NCBI GenBank assembly: GCA_017440805.1
Contig: JAFSGN010000009.1
Span: 4,302 to 68,301, forward strand
From: Clostridia bacterium
GTDB lineage: Bacteria; Bacillota; Clostridia; Oscillospirales; SIG627
Direction: 5' to 3'
Length of the DNA stretch: 64,000 bases
Below the pieces are notes generated by a model. The model worked only from the letters and a program-made list of their open reading frames with translations, was not told the DNA's origin and searched no databases. The position numbers and the translations under genes are program-made. Below are positions 39,601 through 47,523 of this stretch, piece by piece (the first letter of the stretch is position 1; the number at the start of each line of letters is the position of its first letter).

Positions 39601-40714
39601 GTTTTCTTGATGCGTTTACAAATTTATCAAAAGGCCATTTGGGGAATTTGATTACCGCATAATCCACGGTAGGCTCAAAACATGCCCAGGTTGTGCCTGT
39701 AATATCGTTTTTGATTTCGTCAAGTGTATATCCGAGAGCAATTTTTGTGGTAACTTTTGCAATGGGGTATCCTGTCGCTTTGGATGCGAGGGCTGATGAA
39801 CGGGATACACGGGGGTTTACCTCAATAACTGCATATTCAAAACTGTCGGGATTGAGAGCAAACTGACAGTTACATCCGCCTTCTATACCAAGTTCGCTTA
39901 TAATCTCAAGAGATGCGGAACGAAGCATCTGAAACTCTTTATTTGCCAGAGTCATTGCAGGGGCAACAACTATACTGTCGCCTGTGTGAACGCCTACCGG
40001 GTCAACATTTTCCATACTGCACACCGCAATAACATTGCCCACCGCGTCACGCATTACTTCAAATTCTATTTCTTTCCATCCGTAGATGTACTTTTCAACC
40101 AATACCTGAGTGATAGGCGAAAGCATAAGTCCGTTGGAAGCAACTGTAACAAGTTCCTCCTCGTTATATGCAACGCCGCCGCCTGCACCGCCAAGAGTAA
40201 AAGCAGGTCGGATGATTACGGGATATCCTATTTTCTTTGCAATGGATACGGCAGTATCAACATCATTTGCTATATCGGAAGGAATGCAGGGCTGGTTTAT
40301 TTTCTGCATTGTATCACGGAAAAGTTGTCTGTCTTCCGCTTTGTCAATAGCCTCTGCGCTTGTTCCCAAAAGTCTTACTCCCATGCTGTCAAGGAAACCG
40401 CACTTTGAAAGTTGCATTGCAATTGTAAGACCTGTCTGTCCGCCGAGAGAGGCAAGAAGACTGTCGGGTTTTTCTTTTTCTATAATTCTCTTTATTGTGT
40501 CAACTGTAAGAGGTTCAAGGTATATTTCGTCAGCAAGTGCCTTATCGGTCATAATGGTAGCAGGGTTTGAGTTCACAAGAACAACATTGAGTCCTGCCTC
40601 TTTCAGAACACGACATGCCTGTGCGCCTGCGTAGTCAAACTCAGCCGCCTGACCAATTACAATAGGTCCTGAACCTATAACAAGAACTTTCTTTATACTG
40701 GTGTTCAACGGCAT
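36680..40714 (-). CDS. carB: Carbamoyl-phosphate synthase large subunit fused in frame to a C-terminal diaminopimelate-epimerase-like (DapF) domain
   Basis: 1344-aa ORF. Residues 1 to about 1067 are a full CarB (two ATP-grasp halves plus an MGS-like domain). There is no stop before ..SSRKKLKFYKMQGTGNDYIV.., which opens a 277-aa DapF fold. Confidence 0.9.
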   Translation of the reverse strand: MPLNTSIKKVLVIGSGPIVIGQAAEFDYAGAQACRVLKEAGLNVVLVNSNPATIMTDKALADEIYLEPLTVDTIKRIIEKEKPDSLLASLGGQTGLTIAMQLSKCGFLDSMGVRLLGTSAEAIDKAEDRQLFRDTMQKINQPCIPSDIANDVDTAVSIAKKIGYPVIIRPAFTLGGAGGGVAYNEEELVTVASNGLMLSPITQVLVEKYIYGWKEIEFEVMRDAVGNVIAVCSMENVDPVGVHTGDSIVVAPAMTLANKEFQMLRSASLEIISELGIEGGCNCQFALNPDSFEYAVIEVNPRVSRSSALASKATGYPIAKVTTKIALGYTLDEIKNDITGTTWACFEPTVDYAVIKFPKWPFDKFVNASRKLGTQMKATGEVMSIGQSFEAALMKAVRGAEISQDTLDMKSLNQVHNIKKKLEDVDDVRIFTVFKALQRGVSVDEINAITRIDKWFINKIKNLVNYEKSIVGHITDELYLEGKKLGYTDTAIERISGTKVKKHLSASYKTVDTCGGEYKAMTPYFYSSYDTKNEALDHITGKKERIIVLGSGPIRIGQGIEFDYSSVHCVWALKKLGYEVIIINNNPETVSTDFDTADRLYFEPLTSEDVMNIIEIEKPIGVVVAFGGQTAIKLTKFLAKNNITILGTSADGIDIAEDRERFDALLETFNIKRPKGIGVMTLEQALEAAENLGYPVLLRPSYVIGGQNMTIAYTQADVEQYMEIILSQKIENPVLVDKYMMGNELEVDVISDGKDVLIPGIMQHIERAGVHSGDSIAVYPPYSINDKMMNQVIESSTKLALSLGTKGLVNIQYLIYQNELYVIEVNPRASRTIPYISKVTGVPMVDIATKIMVGQTLKSLGYGTGLYKTPPYFSVKVPVFSFEKLNDVNSALGPEMKSTGEVLGIGKTLEEALFKGLVSAGFHISHVQDPHRRGVLISVSKQDQLEIVKLAKKLDDLGLKIYATEGTARAISSLDIDVEVVDKLSHSDDMIKLLETGKIIYTIYTGAKKKSSIDDYIRLHRRALQLSVACITSLDTANALADILLGRFTQNNTELVNINDLRSSRKKLKFYKMQGTGNDYIVLNNMNGDISCPESLAVNYTNRHYSIGADGLLLIEKSDVADAKMRMFNIDGSEGKMAGNAIRCVGKFLYDYGFVPKEVMTVETPSGVRKLKLYIMNSVVSSVEVDMGKASLKVADIPVNLDGDIAVNRKVTVGEKEYDITCVSFGNPHCVVFCDRVDNVDVQTVGQLFENSPLFPERTNTEFVRLVNKNTLKMRVWERGNGETVACGTGACAAVVAAVENGMCSKDEDITVKLKGGDVIVNYTDDAVYLTGTASLIYEGEIQY
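36683..37513 (-). other. DapF-like domain; first catalytic Cys replaced by Ala
   Basis: FNIDGSEGKM-A-GNAIRC, with a GCG codon at 37301-37303 where DapF has CGNG. FGNPHCV and ERGNGETVACGTGA are retained. Confidence 0.8.
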
Positions 40715-41781
40715 ACCTTTTCATCCTCCATCATCTTGCAGAATTTGTCTGTCATTTTCATTGCCTCGGTGGGACCCGGGCATGCTTCGGGCGGGAACTG
40801 GAGAGTAAATGCTTTAAGTGATGGGTAATCCATTCCTTCGCAAGTATTGTCATTTACATTAACATGAGTAACTACCGCATCTTTGGGAAGTTTTTCTATG
40901 TCAACGGCATATCCGTGACTTTGCGATGTTATAAATACTCTGCCTGTTTCAACATTCTTTACGGGGTTTCCCCCACGGTGACCGTGGGGCATCTTGAAGG
41001 TATCTCCCCCAAGGGCAAGCGCCATAAGTTCATGTCCCATACCTACACCGAAAATCGGTTTTTTTCCGATTAATTTTTTGATTTGCTCTATACACAAAGA
41101 ATTGTCCTTCGGGTCGCCGGGACCGTTGGACAGCATAATGCCGTCAGGGGAAAGTTTAAAAACTTCCTCTGCCGTTGTATTATAAGGCAGACATGTTACA
41201 TGACAGCCTCTTTTTGTAAGAGTTGCAATAAGACTCTCGGTAACACCGTAATTAAGCAGTGCCACTCTGTACTTTTCTTTCCCCTGTGCGGGATATTCTT
41301 TTACAGTATTATCGGAAACCGTTTTTACTGCGTCGGAAATACGATAATTCTTTACTGCAGAAAGTACCTCATCAGTAACCTCATTTACAACAGCCGCATT
41401 CATACAACCGTTTTCCCGTATAATTTCCGTAAGTTCACGGGTATCAATTCCGTAAATTCCGGGGATTTCATATTGCTTCAAAAATTCGTCAAGAGTCATT
41501 TCACAACGGAAATTTGACGGGGTGTCGCAATACTCTCTCACAACATATCCCTTGAGTTGCGGTTTTGAACTTTCAAAGTCCTCTTTCGCAAGGCCGAAAT
41601 TGCCTACAAGAGGGAATGTGTGCATTACTATCTGTCCGTAAAAGGACGGGTCGGTAAGAATTTCGGTATATCCGCCGACACCTGTGGTGAAAACAATTTC
41701 CCCCACAGTGTCGCCGTCAAATCCAAAGCCTTTGCCTTCAAATATTTTTCCGTTTTCCAAAACAAGAAATTTCTTTTTCAT
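40705..41781 (-). CDS. carA: Carbamoyl-phosphate synthase small (glutaminase) subunit
   Basis: Triad context GVGMGHELM (where canonical CarA has the nucleophile Cys in G(I/V)CLGHQ, so Cys->Met here, not pursued) and HGHRGGNPV. 10-nt overlap with the carB start. Confidence 0.95.
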   Translation of the reverse strand: MKKKFLVLENGKIFEGKGFGFDGDTVGEIVFTTGVGGYTEILTDPSFYGQIVMHTFPLVGNFGLAKEDFESSKPQLKGYVVREYCDTPSNFRCEMTLDEFLKQYEIPGIYGIDTRELTEIIRENGCMNAAVVNEVTDEVLSAVKNYRISDAVKTVSDNTVKEYPAQGKEKYRVALLNYGVTESLIATLTKRGCHVTCLPYNTTAEEVFKLSPDGIMLSNGPGDPKDNSLCIEQIKKLIGKKPIFGVGMGHELMALALGGDTFKMPHGHRGGNPVKNVETGRVFITSQSHGYAVDIEKLPKDAVVTHVNVNDNTCEGMDYPSLKAFTLQFPPEACPGPTEAMKMTDKFCKMMEDEKVCR

Positions 41782-41800
41782 ATATTTTTCTCCGAAGATA

Positions 41801-42700
41801 TTATTTCATCAATTTTACAAGTACTGCCTTTTGTGCGTGTAATCTGTTTTCCGCCTCGTCAAATATTTCAGGATGCTCCTCAAACACCTTATCGGTTATT
41901 TCTTCCTCGCGGTGTGCCGGCAGACAGTGAAGAACCATTGCATCTTTTTTAGCCCAGCCCATAACACTGTCGTTAATCTGGTAGTTTTTGAAAACAACCT
42001 TACGCTTTTCCGCCTCACCTTCCTGTCCCATTGACGCCCATACATCAGTATAAAGAACATCGGCGTTCTCAGCGGCAGCCTTGATATCCTCTGTGCAGGT
42101 GAATTTTCCGTTTTTCTCTGCCCACGCCATAATATCTTTATCAGGCTTATAATCTGCAGGGCATGCTACGGAAACCTCCATACCCATCTTAATTCCGCCA
42201 ACTATAAGTGAGTTTGCCATATTGTTTCCGTCGCCGATAAAGCACATCTTCAGACCTTTAAGTGTCTTTTTGTATTCGCGTATTGTCATAAGGTCTGCAA
42301 GGACCTGACATGGATGTGCATAGTCGGTAAGTCCGTTTATTATAGGTATTGAGCCGTATTCTGCAAGTGCCTCAACTTCGCTCTGTTCATAGGTACGAAT
42401 CATTATACCGTCAAGATACCTTGAAAGAACGCGGGCGGTATCTTTTACGGGTTCACCTCTTCCTATCTGCAGGTCGTTGGAACTGAGGAACAGTGCTGTA
42501 CCGCCAAGTTGGTACATACCCGCTTCAAAGGACACACGGGTGCGGGTTGAGGATTTCTGGAATATCATTCCCAGTGTTTTTCCTTTGAGAATGGTGTGTT
42601 CAACCCCCATCTTGCGCTCACTCTTAAGTTTGTCCGCAAGGTCAAGTATTTCGGTTATCTCATCCGTAGACAAGTCCGAAAGTTTTAAAAGATGCTTCAT
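41801..42700 (-). CDS. argF: Ornithine carbamoyltransferase
   Basis: STRTRVSFE, HPCQ and HCLP motifs. The ATG at 42700 follows AAAGGA. Confidence 0.93.
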   Translation of the reverse strand: MKHLLKLSDLSTDEITEILDLADKLKSERKMGVEHTILKGKTLGMIFQKSSTRTRVSFEAGMYQLGGTALFLSSNDLQIGRGEPVKDTARVLSRYLDGIMIRTYEQSEVEALAEYGSIPIINGLTDYAHPCQVLADLMTIREYKKTLKGLKMCFIGDGNNMANSLIVGGIKMGMEVSVACPADYKPDKDIMAWAEKNGKFTCTEDIKAAAENADVLYTDVWASMGQEGEAEKRKVVFKNYQINDSVMGWAKKDAMVLHCLPAHREEEITDKVFEEHPEIFDEAENRLHAQKAVLVKLMK

Positions 42701-42819
42701 ATATATCAGTCCTTTCATTAATTCAAACTGAAAACCGCAGGGATATTCTTCATAAAAATTGTACTGTCATATTACCTCATGGAAATGACCGTTACTATTG
42801 TTTTATAACCGAAGAATTA

Positions 42820-43983
42820 TTACTCTCCTGCTACCTGTCTGATTATGCTTACCGCCTGTTCAAGAAGATTATCGGGAATATTAAGTGCAGGAAGAAGTCT
42901 GACTTTATTCTTTGCCGTAAGAGGTACAACACCTTTTTCTATACAGCCCAGAACAACCTCTTTTGCAGGTTTCTCGGTTTCGATACCCAGCATAAGTCCC
43001 ATTCCGCTTATACTTTTAATGCCTTTTGCTCCTGTGAGGGAGTCAATAATGTATTTACTTTTCCGATTAACCTCATTACAAAGGTTATCGTCTATTCTCT
43101 CAATTATGCTGAGAGCACCTGCGGCACACACGGGATTTCCGCCGAAAGTTGAACCGTGGGAACCGGGAGTAATGGTATCTTTGGTTTTTTCACCCATAAG
43201 AGTTGCTCCCATGGGAAGTCCGCCGGCAAGTCCTTTTGCGGTAGAAACAATATCCGGCATAATGCCGTAATTCATATAACAGTAGAGTTGTCCGGTCCTG
43301 CCGTTACCGGTCTGTACTTCATCAATAATCAGCAGTATATCCTTTTTTTTGCATATTTCAGCAACTTTTTTCACATATTCAGATTCAAGTGCTATAACTC
43401 CGCCCTCGCCCTGAACAAGTTCCATCATAATCGCACAGACTTTATCATCAATAAGACCTGCAATACTGTCTGCATCATTTGGCTCGGCATACCGGAATCC
43501 CTCTGTGAAAGGTCCGAAGGTTGTATGGAACACATCCTGTCCCGTTGCCGCAAGAGTAGTGACTGTTCTTCCGTGAAAACTGTTTTTAAGCGTTATTATT
43601 ACATTCCGTCCGTCGCCGTATTTATCAAATGAATATTTTCTTGCACATTTTATGGCACATTCGTTTGCCTCTGCTCCCGAATTTGAGAAAAAGACTTTTT
43701 TCATTCCGCTTTTTTCGCAAAGCATTTTGGCAAGTTTTGCCTGGGGAGAGGTATAATAAAGATTTGAAGTATGCTGAAGTTTTGAAAGTTGCTCTTTTAC
43801 AGCCTCCTGCCACACCTCATCACAAAGTCCGAAAGTGTTTACCGCTATACCGCTTCCCATATCTATGTACTTTTTGCCGTTTTCGTCATACAACAGTGAG
43901 CCTTCGCCTTTTTCAAACTGCAAATCAAATCTGCCGTATGACGACGCAATATATTGGCTGTCAAATGATTTAATGTCGTTCAT
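42820..43983 (-). CDS. argD: Acetylornithine aminotransferase
   Basis: Class III aminotransferase with SGAEANE, DEVQTG.GRTG and STAKGLAGG (PLP Lys). Confidence 0.92.
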   Translation of the reverse strand: MNDIKSFDSQYIASSYGRFDLQFEKGEGSLLYDENGKKYIDMGSGIAVNTFGLCDEVWQEAVKEQLSKLQHTSNLYYTSPQAKLAKMLCEKSGMKKVFFSNSGAEANECAIKCARKYSFDKYGDGRNVIITLKNSFHGRTVTTLAATGQDVFHTTFGPFTEGFRYAEPNDADSIAGLIDDKVCAIMMELVQGEGGVIALESEYVKKVAEICKKKDILLIIDEVQTGNGRTGQLYCYMNYGIMPDIVSTAKGLAGGLPMGATLMGEKTKDTITPGSHGSTFGGNPVCAAGALSIIERIDDNLCNEVNRKSKYIIDSLTGAKGIKSISGMGLMLGIETEKPAKEVVLGCIEKGVVPLTAKNKVRLLPALNIPDNLLEQAVSIIRQVAGE

Positions 43984-44068
43984 AATAAACCTCTTGTATC
44001 CGGTTAAAAGTTTTGGTTGGTTTTTTCATATTTTATAGTGTTAGACTCACTGTTTAAGTGCTGTGTGT

Positions 44069-44920
44069 TTAAACAAACATAGTACCGATACCTTCATCGG
44101 TAAGTGTTTCTATAAGTATCGCATGAGGAATTCTGCCGTCTATAATAAAGACCTTTTTAACACCCTCGTTTATTGCTTCCACACAGCAGTTTGCCTTAGG
44201 TATCATTCCGCCGGATATTACACCGCTGTTTATAAGTCCGGGGACCTCCGAAGCCTTTATTTTGGAAATAAGGGTTGACGGGTCATCTTTATCACGCATT
44301 ATTCCGCTGATGTCTGTCATGGAAATAAGACTTTCAGCCTTGAGCGCACCCGCTATTCTTGCTGCCGCCGTATCTGCATTGATATTGTATATATTACCGT
44401 CTTTGTCATATCCTACGGTTGAAATTATGGGGATATATCCGTTTTGCAGAAGGTCTGCAATAGGCTGCGGATTAATTTTCTTTATTTCCCCTACATAACC
44501 CAGGTCGGGATTGAGCATTTCCGCCTCAATCATTCCGCCGTCCATTCCGCAAAGTCCTATGGCGTTTCCGCCGATATTACCCATAAGCGTAACCAGACTC
44601 TTGTTGATTTTACCGGCAAGTACCATCTGGACTATCTGTGCCGTTTCTTCATCGGTTACACGAAGTCCGTTTCTGAACTCGCTCTTTTTTCCCATTTTGT
44701 CCATCATCTCGGTGATTTCAGGACCTCCGCCGTGAACAAGCACAACCTTGACACCTATAAGTGACAACAGCACAAGGTCTCCCATAACGGCATTTTTCAA
44801 CTCGCTGTTTATCATGGCGTTTCCGCCGTATTTTACAACGACAATTTTATTGTTATACGATTGTATGTAAGGAAGTGCATGTATAAGCACCTCTGCCCTT
44901 TCGGCGTTGGAAAGATTCAT
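44069..44920 (-). CDS. argB: Acetylglutamate kinase
   Basis: VVKYGGNAM, VLVHGGGP and NINADTAA. Confidence 0.95.
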   Translation of the reverse strand: MNLSNAERAEVLIHALPYIQSYNNKIVVVKYGGNAMINSELKNAVMGDLVLLSLIGVKVVLVHGGGPEITEMMDKMGKKSEFRNGLRVTDEETAQIVQMVLAGKINKSLVTLMGNIGGNAIGLCGMDGGMIEAEMLNPDLGYVGEIKKINPQPIADLLQNGYIPIISTVGYDKDGNIYNINADTAAARIAGALKAESLISMTDISGIMRDKDDPSTLISKIKASEVPGLINSGVISGGMIPKANCCVEAINEGVKKVFIIDGRIPHAILIETLTDEGIGTMFV

Positions 44921-45013
44921 AAAAATTCCTTTCTTTATTGGAATGTGCGGAAATTCTTTGTTCTGCCCGGCTAATAATGCATTGGGAAAACTTATATAAA
45001 ACAGGTTTTATCT

Positions 45014-46237
45014 TCAGGTTCTGTAGTCTCCGTTTATCTTGACATAGTCGTATGTAAGGTCGCATCCGCGGGCAACGGCTTCGCTTTCACCCGAATTGAG
45101 ATTTATGTCAATGCATATCTCGTTTTCGGAGAGAACTTTTTTCGCAACCTCTTCGGAAAACTCTATTCCGCTTCCGTTGCGGCAAACTTCAACTTTACCC
45201 GCCGAAGAGATGAAATCCACATCAACCTTATTCACATCAATATCTGCACCGCTGTAACCTATGGCACACAGTACCCGTCCCCAGTTAGCATCTGCACCGA
45301 ACATTGCGGCCTTGAGAAGACTGGAACAAACAACGGATTTTGCAACGGTACGGGCAACTGTCTTATCCGATGCACCATGTACTTTGCATTCGAGAAGTTT
45401 TGTTGCACCCTCTCCGTCTTTTGCAATCATACGGCAAAGATATGCTGTAACCCGCGAAAGTGCCTCTTTGAACACATCAAAATCCGCACCTTCACAAGTA
45501 ATCTTTCTGTTACCTGCCATACCATTGGCAAGTATTGATACCATATCATTGGTAGAGGTATCTCCGTCAATACTTACCATATTAAAACTGTCGGTTATAT
45601 CTTCACTGAGGGCTTTCTGAAGCATCTCCGGTGAGATGTCCGCATCTGTGGTTATAAACACCAGCATTGTTGCAAGGTTGGGGTGAATCATTCCGCTTCC
45701 CTTTGCTATGCCGCCGATACGGCAACTCTTACCGTCAATGCTGAATTCTACTGCGGTTTCCTTAAGAAGTGTATCCGTGGTCATGATTCCCTCGGCAGCA
45801 GATGTGCTGTTGTCACCAAGACCTTTGCATAAATCTTCCATTCCTTCCGCAATGGGAAGTATATCAAGCGGCTGACCTATAACACCTGTGGAGGCTACTA
45901 TAACATCATTTGCAGGAACGCCTGTATGCTTTTGGACAAGTCCGCACATTGCTTTTGCAATCTCAATACCGTTGGCATTGCAGGTATTGGCATTTCCGCT
46001 GTTGCATATAACCGCTTGTGCAATACCGTTTGCAATATTTTCACGGGTTACATAAATGGGTGCACCCTTCACAAGATTTTTTGTGTACACACTTGCGGCG
46101 GCGCAAGGGACCTCACTCAATATGAGAGAAAGATCCTTTTTTGTTTTGTTTTTGCGTATTCCGCAATGAATACCGTTTGCTCTGAATCCTTTTGCGGCAC
46201 ACACTCCGCCTGTGATTGTATTTATCGTACTGTTCAT
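45014..46237 (-). CDS. argJ: Bifunctional ornithine acetyltransferase / N-acetylglutamate synthase
   Basis: The autoprocessing site context ATMLVFITTDA and GMIHPN are present. Confidence 0.95.
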   Translation of the reverse strand: MNSTINTITGGVCAAKGFRANGIHCGIRKNKTKKDLSLILSEVPCAAASVYTKNLVKGAPIYVTRENIANGIAQAVICNSGNANTCNANGIEIAKAMCGLVQKHTGVPANDVIVASTGVIGQPLDILPIAEGMEDLCKGLGDNSTSAAEGIMTTDTLLKETAVEFSIDGKSCRIGGIAKGSGMIHPNLATMLVFITTDADISPEMLQKALSEDITDSFNMVSIDGDTSTNDMVSILANGMAGNRKITCEGADFDVFKEALSRVTAYLCRMIAKDGEGATKLLECKVHGASDKTVARTVAKSVVCSSLLKAAMFGADANWGRVLCAIGYSGADIDVNKVDVDFISSAGKVEVCRNGSGIEFSEEVAKKVLSENEICIDINLNSGESEAVARGCDLTYDYVKINGDYRT

Positions 46238-46239
46238 AA

Positions 46240-47178
46240 TTAATCTCCTATAGTCAGGCCGAAGTCATCATCCAACCCCAGCATTATATTCATACACTGC
46301 ATTGCGGCACCCGAAGCACCTTTTCCCAGATTATCAAACTGAGATATGAGAACACATCTGTCATTGTTGCCGGTAATAATTATTTCCATATCGTCTCTGC
46401 CTGCCATATCGTTTGACGCAACAAAGCCTTCGGAAACAACCGGTCTGACTTTTACCATCTTACTGTTTCTGTATTTCTCACAGAACATATTGTATATATC
46501 ATCAATCGATGGGTTACCTTTTAAAAGTTTGGGGTAAACAGGTATTGAAACCTGCATACCGCTGTAAAAATCACACACAGTAGGCAAGAATACCGGCTCG
46601 GAAGAAAGTCCTGTTATATACTTCATCTCCGGCAGATGCTTATGATTCTGAGTAACTCCGTACTGTCTGGGGCTGTCAAACTCTGCCGGACGGCCGGTGT
46701 CCTGATATTCCGTTATCATCTTTTTACCGCCGCCGCTGTAGCCTGTAAGAGAAAAACAGGTAACAGGATAATCCGGAGTCATCATACCGCATTCCGTAAG
46801 AGGATATACCAATGATACAAATCCACTTGCATGGCATCCAGGCACTGCTATTCTTTTTCCGTTTATAACAGCAGTTCTGAACCTTTCGCCAAGTTCCGCA
46901 AATCCATACGCCCACTCAGGATTTGTCCGATGCGCTGTAGACGCGTCTATAATATGAACCTGAGGATTATCGCAAAGAGAAACCGACTCTTTAGCCGCCA
47001 CATCAGGCAGACAGAGAAAGGTTATGTCGGAACTGTTTATAAGTTTCTTTCTTTCATCGGGGTCTTTTCTCTTGCTGTCGTCTATTTCCAGAATTTCTAT
47101 ATCCTTACGGCAGGAAAACCTTTCGAATATTTTCAGGCCAGTTGTTCCCTCTTTGCCGTCGATAAACACTTTATACAT
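46240..47178 (-). CDS. argC: N-acetyl-gamma-glutamyl-phosphate reductase (short type)
   Basis: MYKVFIDGKEGTTGL and the catalytic PGCHASG. The ATG at 47178 follows GGAGA, and I discarded the ORF-track extension to 47262. Confidence 0.92.
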   Translation of the reverse strand: MYKVFIDGKEGTTGLKIFERFSCRKDIEILEIDDSKRKDPDERKKLINSSDITFLCLPDVAAKESVSLCDNPQVHIIDASTAHRTNPEWAYGFAELGERFRTAVINGKRIAVPGCHASGFVSLVYPLTECGMMTPDYPVTCFSLTGYSGGGKKMITEYQDTGRPAEFDSPRQYGVTQNHKHLPEMKYITGLSSEPVFLPTVCDFYSGMQVSIPVYPKLLKGNPSIDDIYNMFCEKYRNSKMVKVRPVVSEGFVASNDMAGRDDMEIIITGNNDRCVLISQFDNLGKGASGAAMQCMNIMLGLDDDFGLTIGD

Positions 47179-47233
47179 CTTAACTCTCCATTTATTCCGC
47201 AGCAAATTTGCCGCATTTTCCACATTGTATAAT

Positions 47234-47262
47234 ATTATAATACAAAATGCAAAAAAAGTCAA
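47234..47262 (-). promoter_or_regulatory. Consensus sigma-A promoter of the arg-car operon
   Basis: The minus strand reads TTGACT-17 nt-TATAAT. Confidence 0.6.
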
Positions 47263-47270
47263 TAGTCATT

Positions 47271-47286
47271 TTGCATAATTATTCAT
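47271..47286 (-). promoter_or_regulatory. ARG box (ArgR/AhrC operator candidate)
   Basis: The minus strand reads ATGAATAATTATGCAA, giving TGAAT-AATT-ATGCA against consensus TGAAT-W4-AT(T/G)CA. It lies immediately upstream of the -35. Confidence 0.4.
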
Positions 47287-47442
47287 TTGCTCCTGCGAAT
47301 TTATGCATAAACATTGTATAATATGTATGGATGTCAATTCCTGACTGTTTTTTTATTTTTTTAACGGATATTGTAATTTAAAATCATACATTGTATCAAA
47401 TTGCTGTTAAAAAAAAATTAACATTCCAACATCTTAAAATTA

Positions 47443-47471
47443 TTTACAAAAAAGTCATTTTATGGTATCAT
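47443..47471 (+). promoter_or_regulatory. Sigma-A-type promoter (extended -10) of the NCS2 permease gene
   Basis: TTTACA-17 nt-TGgTATCAT. Confidence 0.4.
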
Positions 47472-47523
47472 ATTTGTAGCATAATTCTAAAAATTTATTT
47501 TTTGGTCGAAAGGATTTCCAGCA

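Noticed and set aside
47294-47310. Second ARG box next to the strong one
   Set aside because: Half-site spacing is off by 2 nt, or there are 3-4 mismatches in any register. It is too weak to call.
47279-47523. Riboswitch (purine or PyrR-type) upstream of the NCS2 permease
   Set aside because: The region is extremely AT-rich with no conserved riboswitch core or terminator/antiterminator pair that I could recognise. There is only a repeated ACATTGTAT 9-mer, about 76 nt apart, of unclear meaning.
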